Virus record (IMG/VR): IMGVR_UViG_3300031963_000020
Coordinates: 64,001 to 128,000 of that record
Direction: 5' to 3' (one strand)
DNA length: 64,000 nt
Origin: a virus
Positions 42,550 through 51,402 of the stretch are shown here, piece after piece (positions within the stretch are counted from its first letter, which is position 1; the number at the start of each line of letters is the position of its first letter). The translations under genes and the position numbers were made by a program. Below the pieces are notes generated by a model that had not been told where the DNA came from, ran no database searches, and saw only the letters and a program-made list of their open reading frames with translations.

Positions 42550-43869
42550 ATGACTATTGAATTAGAACCAGTTGGTGTAGTATGTAATTTAAGTTGCCCG
42601 TATTGTTACGAACATCCCATGCGAGATGCGGGTAATTTCCGACATAAAACATATTCCGTTGAAAAAATGTTAGAAGGTCTTGCCAAAGAAGGTGGTAATT
42701 TTACCCTCTTTGGTGGTGAACCATTATTAACTGATATTGACGATTTAGAAACTATTTTTAAGTGGGGGTTTGACCGATATGGATTTAATGGTATTCAAAC
42801 AAATGGTGTTTTAATTACTGACCGCCACATAGAAATGTTTAAGAAGTACAGAGTTCACGTCGGAATATCACTTGATGGTCCTGACGAAATGAACGACACG
42901 CGTTGGGCAGGGTCATTAGAAAAGACCAGAGAGGCTACCCGCAAGTCATTTGAAGCTATTAAAAAGTGTCTTGACAACAAGCTCTCACTTGGTTTAATTA
43001 TTACTATCCATAAGAAGAACGGATTACCAAAATATCGTGAACGTTTCAAGGCATGGATTAAAGAACTTCAGTCGTGGGGTGTTGATGGAGCAAGACTTCA
43101 TCCACTAGAGATTGACCATAGTTCTGTTGGTGAAACATTAGCTCTTACACCAGAACAAAATATTGAGTTCCTATTAGATATGTGGGACTTTGAAATCAGT
43201 GAACTAAATGTTCCTGGTAAGAAATCATTTCAGTTTGATATCTTCCGTGACGTAGAATATATGTTGCGTGCAGACGATGCAAACGCAACCTGTACATTTA
43301 TGACTTGTGACCCATATACCACGCATGCGGTGCAAGGTATTGACTCGCAAGGTAATAAAGCAAACTGCGGTCGTGGTAACAAAGAAGGTATTAACTGGAT
43401 TAAAGCCGATGTTGACGGATTTGAACGTCAGATGGCACTATATAATACACCACAAGAACATGGTGGATGTCAGGGGTGCCGATTCTTTATTATGTGTAAG
43501 TCACACTGCCCAGGTACAGGTGCAGATATGGACTGGAGAAATAGAACGGATACCTGTATGAATTGGAAGGTAGCGTTTAGTATCTATGAACGAATGATGG
43601 TTGAACGTGGTGAGATGCCATTATCTCTAGACCCAAAATTAAAGAGATATGAAGATATTTTGATGTATGGTTATAGTAGAGGTGCAGAACTTAGATTAGA
43701 ACACATTAAAAAGTATCTTGACCCAAATATTGGATTTGATATTGAAAGATACATCCAATCATATTTGATGAACCAAGCTATGGGTGGACACAAGCCACAC
43801 GCAGACCATACAGATGAAACAGGAAGATACGCATTAGAGTTTAAAGAGAAGTACGGATATTTACCTTAA
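42550..43869 (+). CDS. Radical SAM enzyme with SPASM-type domain (putative peptide/protein maturase)
   Basis: CNLSCPYC (CxxxCxxC), FGGEPLL, QTNG, ISLDG; C-terminal CTFMTC, NCGR, CQGCRFFIMCKSHC...C auxiliary-cluster cysteines. Confidence 0.92.
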   Translation: MTIELEPVGVVCNLSCPYCYEHPMRDAGNFRHKTYSVEKMLEGLAKEGGNFTLFGGEPLLTDIDDLETIFKWGFDRYGFNGIQTNGVLITDRHIEMFKKYRVHVGISLDGPDEMNDTRWAGSLEKTREATRKSFEAIKKCLDNKLSLGLIITIHKKNGLPKYRERFKAWIKELQSWGVDGARLHPLEIDHSSVGETLALTPEQNIEFLLDMWDFEISELNVPGKKSFQFDIFRDVEYMLRADDANATCTFMTCDPYTTHAVQGIDSQGNKANCGRGNKEGINWIKADVDGFERQMALYNTPQEHGGCQGCRFFIMCKSHCPGTGADMDWRNRTDTCMNWKVAFSIYERMMVERGEMPLSLDPKLKRYEDILMYGYSRGAELRLEHIKKYLDPNIGFDIERYIQSYLMNQAMGGHKPHADHTDETGRYALEFKEKYGYLP

Positions 43870-43887
43870 TATAAAGAGGATACGTAG

Positions 43888-44286
43888 ATGATACCAGGAT
43901 TACACGCAGACCACGTTGACACATCGGGTGCATATGGTCAAAAATTTGAAGTCGTAAAAGACTTGTTAGAAAAAGGAATGTTGAAAGAAATTCCAGAAGA
44001 ATTCCGTGATAAAGGAAATACTTCCGAAGAAGTTCCGGTTATTACTAATTCACAAACAGTTGTTGGTAATCAGCAATCGGGATGGGATATGTCTCGTGAC
44101 CATGCCGACCACGTTGACGAAACTGGTCGTTATGCACAATCGTATATGGAACGATTTGGTTCGGATTCCTTAAATAATAACGAAATTTCACAAGGAACTA
44201 CAGAACAACAGCAAGATACTGGTAATTCTTGGAAGTCTTTCTTGAAGAAGATTATTGCAGAAGAAAAGAGTAAGTTGAAGGTTTAA
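43888..44286 (+). CDS. HADHxD-repeat accessory protein
   Basis: HADHVDTSGAYG and HADHVDETGRYA, matching the radical SAM C-terminal HADHTDETGRYA. Confidence 0.75.
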   Translation: MIPGLHADHVDTSGAYGQKFEVVKDLLEKGMLKEIPEEFRDKGNTSEEVPVITNSQTVVGNQQSGWDMSRDHADHVDETGRYAQSYMERFGSDSLNNNEISQGTTEQQQDTGNSWKSFLKKIIAEEKSKLKV

Positions 44287-44305
44287 TTTAAACAACGAAG
44301 GGGTT

Positions 44306-45787
44306 ATGCAAAGAATAAAGCATGTCTTGCCTGATTGGACTCGGGTGCAGTGGACTTCTATAGAAAATAGAAACAAATACGAACCTATCATTGCGTCTAT
44401 CAATAACGCATGGAAACAGATTGAACGTATGTCGGTTGTTCACGATATTCGTCCATCTTCACTAGATATATTATCACCAGAAGAACTCATAAATTTAACT
44501 GCGGAATACGAAAAACATGGAGTACTCGTAGTTCCTATTGGTAAAGAAGGAAAAGCAGGAACTTACTCGTCTACAAGTACACCATATAATGGTGGTGATT
44601 ACAATATTCGTGTTGTATTCACAAAGTCTGAAGCTATAGCAGATGAATGGTTTAATATCTGGCAAGCAGAACCCCGCATTCGTGACCGTGAGGCTGGTCG
44701 TTTACTTGGGTATCCTACCTGCTGCACCAATCATTTTATGAAGTATTGGGTAGACCAGGAATTTGTTGATACTACGTGGACGATGGCAGCGGAAAATATG
44801 CAGTTAAATGATGACGATGAAACGCATCGTACTATTCATATTAAGGCAGATACTCCACCTGAAGCAAACATAATGTGGCGTTGGCAAGGTGTACGATTGG
44901 TATCACATCTTCCGTGTTCGTTTGATTGCAAGGCAACAGAAGAACTTGGTATGAAGATGGCAGAACTTGGTCGTACACTTGGGTTTGAAAAAGAAGTAAA
45001 TTGGATATATGAATTACTTTCGTGGCCTGTTGAATGGTCAGCACTGCATGGTATCGCAGAAATCCGTACACCAATCAACAAGATTTCATCCAGAACTGAT
45101 ATGACCCCGTGGAAGTATGTGGTACAGAAGCATGCACACGAATATCCTATTGATGGTATGTCTGGTATAACGTATCCGTATAATCAAAAGAAAATTAAAG
45201 TCAAACCCGTCACAAAAACTATCTCGTTCGCTAAATCTCTTGAAGATACTTCCGTATGGGAAGAAAACGGATTTAGTAATAAGGAAGCTATGGATCACTT
45301 CCACCAAGTTATCATTGACGCAATCGGGGATATGAAATATATTCCTGGTGGTAATGTCCTCGACCTCGGTTGTGGAAATGGTGTCTTGTTAGGTCGTGTA
45401 GTTGGAGACAGATTTGATCTCATCCCACACGGTGTTGAAGCAGACCGTCAACGTTGTATGTCCGCAGCAACTACCATCCATTGGGGTGTCTTTACAATGG
45501 GTAGCATCTTTGACCTTAATACGTGGAAGGAAGATACATATAGTTTGGTACTTTTGATGCCAGGCAGACTTCTTGAAACCACACGTGTAGTATCAGAACA
45601 AGTGCGTAAGCAACTCTATGACAAGACAGACCTTGTTCTTATCAACCTAACTTGTGATTGGACACAACAATATGGCTCGATTGAGAATATTATGAAGGTC
45701 ACAGGTCTTGACCAAGAATGGGAACCAGCAGGTAAGTTAATCCATCGTCAAGATGATATGGCACAACTTTTCAAGCGTAAGGTGTAA
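44306..45787 (+). CDS. Cys-motif domain (DUF483-like) fused to class I SAM-dependent methyltransferase
   Basis: RLLGYPTCC and SHLPCSFDC motifs; VLDLGCGNG motif I followed by GVE. Confidence 0.7.
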   Translation: MQRIKHVLPDWTRVQWTSIENRNKYEPIIASINNAWKQIERMSVVHDIRPSSLDILSPEELINLTAEYEKHGVLVVPIGKEGKAGTYSSTSTPYNGGDYNIRVVFTKSEAIADEWFNIWQAEPRIRDREAGRLLGYPTCCTNHFMKYWVDQEFVDTTWTMAAENMQLNDDDETHRTIHIKADTPPEANIMWRWQGVRLVSHLPCSFDCKATEELGMKMAELGRTLGFEKEVNWIYELLSWPVEWSALHGIAEIRTPINKISSRTDMTPWKYVVQKHAHEYPIDGMSGITYPYNQKKIKVKPVTKTISFAKSLEDTSVWEENGFSNKEAMDHFHQVIIDAIGDMKYIPGGNVLDLGCGNGVLLGRVVGDRFDLIPHGVEADRQRCMSAATTIHWGVFTMGSIFDLNTWKEDTYSLVLLMPGRLLETTRVVSEQVRKQLYDKTDLVLINLTCDWTQQYGSIENIMKVTGLDQEWEPAGKLIHRQDDMAQLFKRKV

Positions 45788-45788
45788 T

Positions 45789-46019
45789 ATGACAGAAGAA
45801 ATCAAAGAAGCACCAGTTCCAATAGCAATTCGTCAATTAGTTGATTTACATAACACCCGTATCCGTGAATACCAACAACGTTCATTACAAGAACTTCAAG
45901 ATGCAAACATTGAACTAATGTTAATGATGGGTTTAAGCCCACAAGACGGATGGCGATTAGATATGGAAACAATGAAATACATTAAAGTTCCAACAGATGG
46001 AAATACACAAGTCGGCTGA
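45789..46019 (+). CDS. Small hypothetical protein (start moved to ATG 45789)
   Basis: Closely coupled to flanking genes; helical. Confidence 0.6.
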   Translation: MTEEIKEAPVPIAIRQLVDLHNTRIREYQQRSLQELQDANIELMLMMGLSPQDGWRLDMETMKYIKVPTDGNTQVG

Positions 46020-47889
46020 ACACGTAATATTTACGTGGGGTAGGTTCAAAGGGCACTCCTTAGCACACGTTGCAAGGAGTGTTCCTTCGTATTTGGAATG
46101 GATGTCTGGTCAAGATGGTTTACCTGAGCAATGGAGAATTGCAGCAGCAAAAACCTTGATGAACGAAGATATTAGTGAACTTGACCTTCCCAGAACGAAC
46201 AATCCAACTATCTCATATAAAGATTTACCCAAGCAATCAAGTGATAAGGTAGAGGTGTTATTAGTTGATAATAAAACCGCTGCAATCATTATGCCATACG
46301 ACAAAGTGATGTTGGCAAAGTTTAAGTATGAAATTGATGGTCGCAAATGGAACAACGATGAGAAGCATTGGGAGTTTCCAGTTGTGCATCTTCCAAAACT
46401 ATTTACGATATTCACCAATATTAAGTGTGATAAGAAAGTATTAGATAAAGTTGAGGAACTTAAATCTCGTAGACAAGACCTCGACGAAATCCGTAGTCAA
46501 GAAGATACAGACTTCCAAATCAAGGGGATGCAACTCAATCTGTATCCATATCAGAAAGTTGGTGTACAGTTCGTGGATAGAGCAGGTGGTCGTTGTTTGA
46601 TTGCAGACGCACCTGGCTTGGGTAAGACGGCACAAGCGATTGGATATGCACAACATCACAATCTCAAAACACTTATTGTCTGTCCATTATCTGTTGTAGT
46701 CAACTGGCAACGTGAAATCAAAAAGTTTACTGGTAAGAAATCTACCATTTGGGATAGTAAACATTATTACGGAGAGTTGGATAATCAGTTCCACATCGTG
46801 CATTATGATGCGGTGGCTAAGATTAGTAAATCACTTCGTGAACAAAAGTTTGACCTCTTGGTGTGTGATGAAGCAACTTACTTAAAGAATAGACAAACCA
46901 TCAGAGCAAAAAGTATCTTGGGGTCGTGGAAAGAAAGACGAAAGTATCCTGGGATTAAAACCAAGTATTCTATCTTCTTAACGGGAACACCAGTAATGTC
47001 TCGTCCAATCGAAGCATTTAGTTTATTAAACTTTTTAGATAAAGAACGATTTAATAACTTTTACCATTTCGTCGAACGCTATGGTGGATGGAAAGGTGAT
47101 GCTCCACGAAATCTCCAAGACTTGCATGACCGTACAAAAGATTTGGTCATCCGTAGAAAGAAAAGTGAGGTGCTTACAGAACTCCCACCAAAGCAACGAA
47201 ATGACCTGTATGTAGAACTTACCAAAGAAGAAAAAAAGGAATATCAAGAACTACTCAAAGAAGTCTTTGGTAAATGGAAAATGGACGGTAAACCCTCGGT
47301 CACCCATATGCCAAAACTCCAAGCATTCCTTATCCAAAAGAAAATGCCACGATTAATGGAAATGATTGACGAGTTCTTGGATAACGACAGGTCAATCTTG
47401 ATATTCAGTAACTATCTTGGCCCCCTTCGTTTCCTGACGGAACATTATGGGGACAAAGCCGCCCTCTTGACGGGTGATATGAACAGAGATAAACGGCAGG
47501 AAAGTATTGATAGATTAACCAGCGGAAAAGCTAAAATCGGATGTTTTAGTCTCTTGGCGGCGGGTATGGGTATCGACGGATTACAGAAAGTCATAGATAC
47601 CGTAGTATTTCTCAACTGTGATTGGGTTCCTGCAAACCACGAACAAGCAGAGGACAGAACCCATCGTATCGGTCAAACCTCCCAAGTCCAAGCCTATTAT
47701 ATGTTATGCGAGGACACCATAGACGAATATATGCGGGACATTCTCAAAGAGAAACAACAGGTCGCAGACCTTATTGTGGACGGAGCATTGGTCACTCCTG
47801 ATAGTAATAAATCATTTTTTAAGGAATTTGTCCGCAGAATTAGTTCGGTATATAATACCCATTTTACCGATGAAAATATAGAAGATTGA
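45997..47889 (+). CDS. SNF2-family helicase/annealing ATPase (HARP/SMARCAL1-like)
   Basis: ADAPGLGKT, DEA, LTGTP, IRRKK, QAEDRTHRIGQ; N-terminal FTWGRFKG...YLEW module. Confidence 0.88.
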   Translation: MEIHKSAEHVIFTWGRFKGHSLAHVARSVPSYLEWMSGQDGLPEQWRIAAAKTLMNEDISELDLPRTNNPTISYKDLPKQSSDKVEVLLVDNKTAAIIMPYDKVMLAKFKYEIDGRKWNNDEKHWEFPVVHLPKLFTIFTNIKCDKKVLDKVEELKSRRQDLDEIRSQEDTDFQIKGMQLNLYPYQKVGVQFVDRAGGRCLIADAPGLGKTAQAIGYAQHHNLKTLIVCPLSVVVNWQREIKKFTGKKSTIWDSKHYYGELDNQFHIVHYDAVAKISKSLREQKFDLLVCDEATYLKNRQTIRAKSILGSWKERRKYPGIKTKYSIFLTGTPVMSRPIEAFSLLNFLDKERFNNFYHFVERYGGWKGDAPRNLQDLHDRTKDLVIRRKKSEVLTELPPKQRNDLYVELTKEEKKEYQELLKEVFGKWKMDGKPSVTHMPKLQAFLIQKKMPRLMEMIDEFLDNDRSILIFSNYLGPLRFLTEHYGDKAALLTGDMNRDKRQESIDRLTSGKAKIGCFSLLAAGMGIDGLQKVIDTVVFLNCDWVPANHEQAEDRTHRIGQTSQVQAYYMLCEDTIDEYMRDILKEKQQVADLIVDGALVTPDSNKSFFKEFVRRISSVYNTHFTDENIED

Positions 47890-47928
47890 TATTTATATAC
47901 AAGTATTTACAACCCAAGGAGTTATTTT

Positions 47929-48672
47929 ATGTCAAATGTTTCATTCCCTACCGAAGTAATCGATTTACCAAGTAAGGGTAAGTTTTATCCAGAAGGTAGT
48001 CCACTCAGTAGTGGTCAAATAGAATTAAAATATATGACTGCAAAAGAAGAGGATATTTTAACTTCACAAAACCTCATTCAAAAGGGTGTTGTATTAGATA
48101 AGTTAATCGATAGTCTTATTGTTACAAAAGGTGTACACGGTGAAGATTTACTTTTGGGTGATATTAACGCGGTAATGGTAGCAAGTCGTATTATGGGATA
48201 TGGAAAAGATTATCCAGTTACAGCAACATGTCCATCATGTTCAAATAGAGAAGAGTTGGATATAGACTTATCACAATTAGAAACAAAAGAAGTATCGGAA
48301 CGTAATTTGTCAGTAACATTACCAGCTAGTAAGAAAACTATTAAAGTAAGATTACTTACCCGTAAGATTGAAAAAGAAATTCAAAAAGAATTGGACGCTA
48401 TGAAAAAAATAAAGTCCAATATAGATCCAGAAGTATCAACCAGACTACGTTATATTATTGCCGAAGTGGATGGGGCATCTGACCAAAAAACTATTCGTGA
48501 AACGGTAGAAAACATGTTGGTTGCAGATACACGAGCACTTCGTGAATTCTACAAGTCGGTGACACCAGACGTAAAGTTTGAAGTATCACATACTTGCGAA
48601 AGTTGTAATCACGAAAGTACACTACCAATCACAATCGGCACGGACTTTTTTTGGCCTGACGCAAGAATATAG
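47929..48672 (+). CDS. Tail assembly chaperone/baseplate hub assembly protein (gp26-like)
   Basis: IDLPSKGKFY, YMTAKEEDIL, two CxxC, ends DFFWP; directly upstream of tape measure. Confidence 0.75.
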   Translation: MSNVSFPTEVIDLPSKGKFYPEGSPLSSGQIELKYMTAKEEDILTSQNLIQKGVVLDKLIDSLIVTKGVHGEDLLLGDINAVMVASRIMGYGKDYPVTATCPSCSNREELDIDLSQLETKEVSERNLSVTLPASKKTIKVRLLTRKIEKEIQKELDAMKKIKSNIDPEVSTRLRYIIAEVDGASDQKTIRETVENMLVADTRALREFYKSVTPDVKFEVSHTCESCNHESTLPITIGTDFFWPDARI

Positions 48673-48853
48673 GTTGAACATGCACAAGGTCATCTTTTCT
48701 ATGGTGTATCATGGAAAAGGTGGATTTACCTTTCAAGATTTATATAATATGCCAGTGTTCTTGCGCGGCTTCTATTTGAAGGAAATGAATGACGCAGTAG
48801 AAAAAGCAAATGAAGAAATAGAAAAGGCTACGAAACGATCACCTCGTAAATGA
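48647..48853 (+). CDS. Downstream chaperone segment, probably reached by frameshift (alternative start ATG 48680)
   Basis: +1 frame FFGLTQEYR...YHGKGGFTFQDLYNMPVFLRGFY overlaps a T7 run at 48646-48652. Confidence 0.6.
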   Translation, partial: FFGLTQEYRLNMHKVIFSMVYHGKGGFTFQDLYNMPVFLRGFYLKEMNDAVEKANEEIEKATKRSPRK

Positions 48854-48861
48854 GATAATAG

Positions 48862-51399
48862 ATGGCTGTAGATCCTAATATGGAAAAAGCAAGTCTAGCA
48901 GCGGATGGACTTACTTCTGAATTAAATAATGTGGCTAGCGAAGCAAAAAAGTTTGCTACCACTATGAATGCCATAAACGAAAAAATAAAAAAGACTGCAA
49001 ATTTAACACAGGAAGAACTTGAAGCTGCTGGTAATGATATAGGTAGAATGCGAAGAGATGCAGCAACACTTGGTCAAGCTTTTAAACGAGGAACGGTTCT
49101 TCTCAATGGTTTATTTGATGGTATAAAAGTTACTGACCAAACTGCAATAGCATTATTTAATAAAAATGCAATAAGAGTTGGTTCTAATTTTAATACATTC
49201 GCTGCAAGATTACAAAGTATGCAAAATACTTTGGCAAATACTACTAATGAATTTAATAACGTTAGAAAGGGAATGGGTACTGTAGGGACGGCATTCCTTT
49301 ATACTAGAACTGCGTTGTTTAGTGTAGGACAAGCATTTACACAATTACGGACAGCAGTTTTTGGATTACAAAAACAAGTAGGTACAACATTTGGGTCCGC
49401 TTTAAATGTTGGTGTAGGTGCATTTACTAACCAAATTACTTCATTTTTTTCTGGTGGTCCACCACTAACCTTTCAAGAAAGTGTTGATGCGATAAATGCA
49501 TTTCAAAGAGAATTTGGTGGTATATTAACAAGAGGTGAAGCTCAAAAGATAGCACAAGCTTCCAAAGCATTAGGTATAAGTTCCGCTACTTTCTTACAAG
49601 CACAACGTTCATTTTTAGTAGTTGGTGGGGAAGCAACCAAAAATACATTTATTGGGCAATTTAGAGCAGCAGGTTTAACGGCAGCAAACGCACTAGAATT
49701 CGCAGCAAAAAATGCAAATTTAGTTGCAATAGCTGGTACCAAGTATGCAGCAGCTCTAGCACAGGCAGCAGCAAACGCACAACGTATTGGTGTTGGATTG
49801 GATAGAACCGAAGCATTAGCTGACGGTATAGTTGGTAATTTTGAAGGAGCACTAGAACGGTTCTCTGAACTTCGAGCAATGGGTGTTGAAGTTGATTTTA
49901 ATAGACTAGCTGCTGTTGCTGGAACAGGTACACCACAAGAAGTATTATCTGAATTACAAAGTCAACTTGGTGGAAACCAACAGTTATTAGCAGAATTACA
50001 ACGTAATCGTTTCTTAAAAGTTGCACTGGAACAAGATTTAGGTCTTAATGTTGCAGAAATCACAAGATTGGCTGCTGGTGGTGGTGCTGTGGCAACAGAG
50101 CAAACGCAAGAAGAAAAAGATAGAACTACACGAGATAAAATATTAGAACGTGTAGGAACCGTTGCAAACTTTTTAGCAGCACTGATTGCAGTAATACCAG
50201 CTCAAACAGTAGCTACTGCACTTAATACGAAAGCTTTATTGGCTAAAAAAGTCTTGGGGGTAGCTGAAAAACCACAAATAGCAGCAACTACAGCACCAAC
50301 ATCATTACCTAGACAACAAGAACGATTAGCATTACCAGCACCTAAATCAGACAGAACTTTTTATCAAGGTGGACAAACACCACCAATACCAGGAAGACCT
50401 GGTATACCTGCCGGTAGAGTACCACCTGCGACGACATCTGGTGTACGTGGATTATTACCAGCATCAACAACAGCAGTGGCTGGACAGACACAACAACAAT
50501 TACAAAATCAACTTAGTGTTAGACTGGCGGAAACAACTAGAATTGCCGCCAATTTACAATCACAAGGATTGAGTACAGCCGCCGCAGCGCAAAAAGCATT
50601 AGCAATACAAGCAAGTCAACCAGGTACAGTTGCATTAGCAGCTAGCATGAGACAATCGAACCCAGATATGCCAGCATCACAAGCGTTGGCACTTGCTCGG
50701 GGACAATCTGCAATACCAACGCAACAAATAGCGACTACATCAACACAAATGACACGAGCAGTTGCAGCACCAACAGTAGCGGCTGGAGGTGGAATGTTTG
50801 GTAATGCTATGGCAGGTGCCGGCGGTGGAGCAGCGGTTACAGGAGCTGGTGTACTTGGAGGTGCTGTTGCAGGTATAAGTGAATTCCAACAAACAAAAAG
50901 TATTAAACGAGCAATCGCAGCAACACTGATTGGAATAGTCACATCGGTATTGGCAACACTATTAATTGGAATGATACCAGGTGCACAATTGGTAGCTCCA
51001 ATAGTTGGTGGTATGATAGGTAGTGCAGTTACTCCGATGTTAACAAGTTTCTTTATGGGTTCTGCAAAGGCGGCCGGTGGATTAATTACAGGTCCAGGTA
51101 CCGCAACAAGTGATAATATATTGACACCAACATCACCAGGTGAATACGTGGTGAATGCAAAGGCAACTAAGGCATACGGTGCCGATATGTTGGATAATAT
51201 TAACAAAGGAACATTCACACCAACACAAACACCATCGGTTAACAATGTGGTTAATGTCAATATGGATAAGATGGAAGCTAAATTAGACAAGTTAGCAGCG
51301 GCATTCTCAAATATGAAGATTGATATGGACGGAAATACAGTTGGACGGGTTTCATTAAACGCACGGTCACCACTTGACCGTCTAGCTGTGGTGGGTTAA
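48862..51399 (+). CDS. Tape measure protein
   Basis: Ala-rich helical; hydrophobic Gly-rich segment; C-terminal AGGLITGPGTATSDNI...GEYVVNA motif. Confidence 0.85.
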   Translation: MAVDPNMEKASLAADGLTSELNNVASEAKKFATTMNAINEKIKKTANLTQEELEAAGNDIGRMRRDAATLGQAFKRGTVLLNGLFDGIKVTDQTAIALFNKNAIRVGSNFNTFAARLQSMQNTLANTTNEFNNVRKGMGTVGTAFLYTRTALFSVGQAFTQLRTAVFGLQKQVGTTFGSALNVGVGAFTNQITSFFSGGPPLTFQESVDAINAFQREFGGILTRGEAQKIAQASKALGISSATFLQAQRSFLVVGGEATKNTFIGQFRAAGLTAANALEFAAKNANLVAIAGTKYAAALAQAAANAQRIGVGLDRTEALADGIVGNFEGALERFSELRAMGVEVDFNRLAAVAGTGTPQEVLSELQSQLGGNQQLLAELQRNRFLKVALEQDLGLNVAEITRLAAGGGAVATEQTQEEKDRTTRDKILERVGTVANFLAALIAVIPAQTVATALNTKALLAKKVLGVAEKPQIAATTAPTSLPRQQERLALPAPKSDRTFYQGGQTPPIPGRPGIPAGRVPPATTSGVRGLLPASTTAVAGQTQQQLQNQLSVRLAETTRIAANLQSQGLSTAAAAQKALAIQASQPGTVALAASMRQSNPDMPASQALALARGQSAIPTQQIATTSTQMTRAVAAPTVAAGGGMFGNAMAGAGGGAAVTGAGVLGGAVAGISEFQQTKSIKRAIAATLIGIVTSVLATLLIGMIPGAQLVAPIVGGMIGSAVTPMLTSFFMGSAKAAGGLITGPGTATSDNILTPTSPGEYVVNAKATKAYGADMLDNINKGTFTPTQTPSVNNVVNVNMDKMEAKLDKLAAAFSNMKIDMDGNTVGRVSLNARSPLDRLAVVG

Positions 51400-51402
51400 T
51401 AT

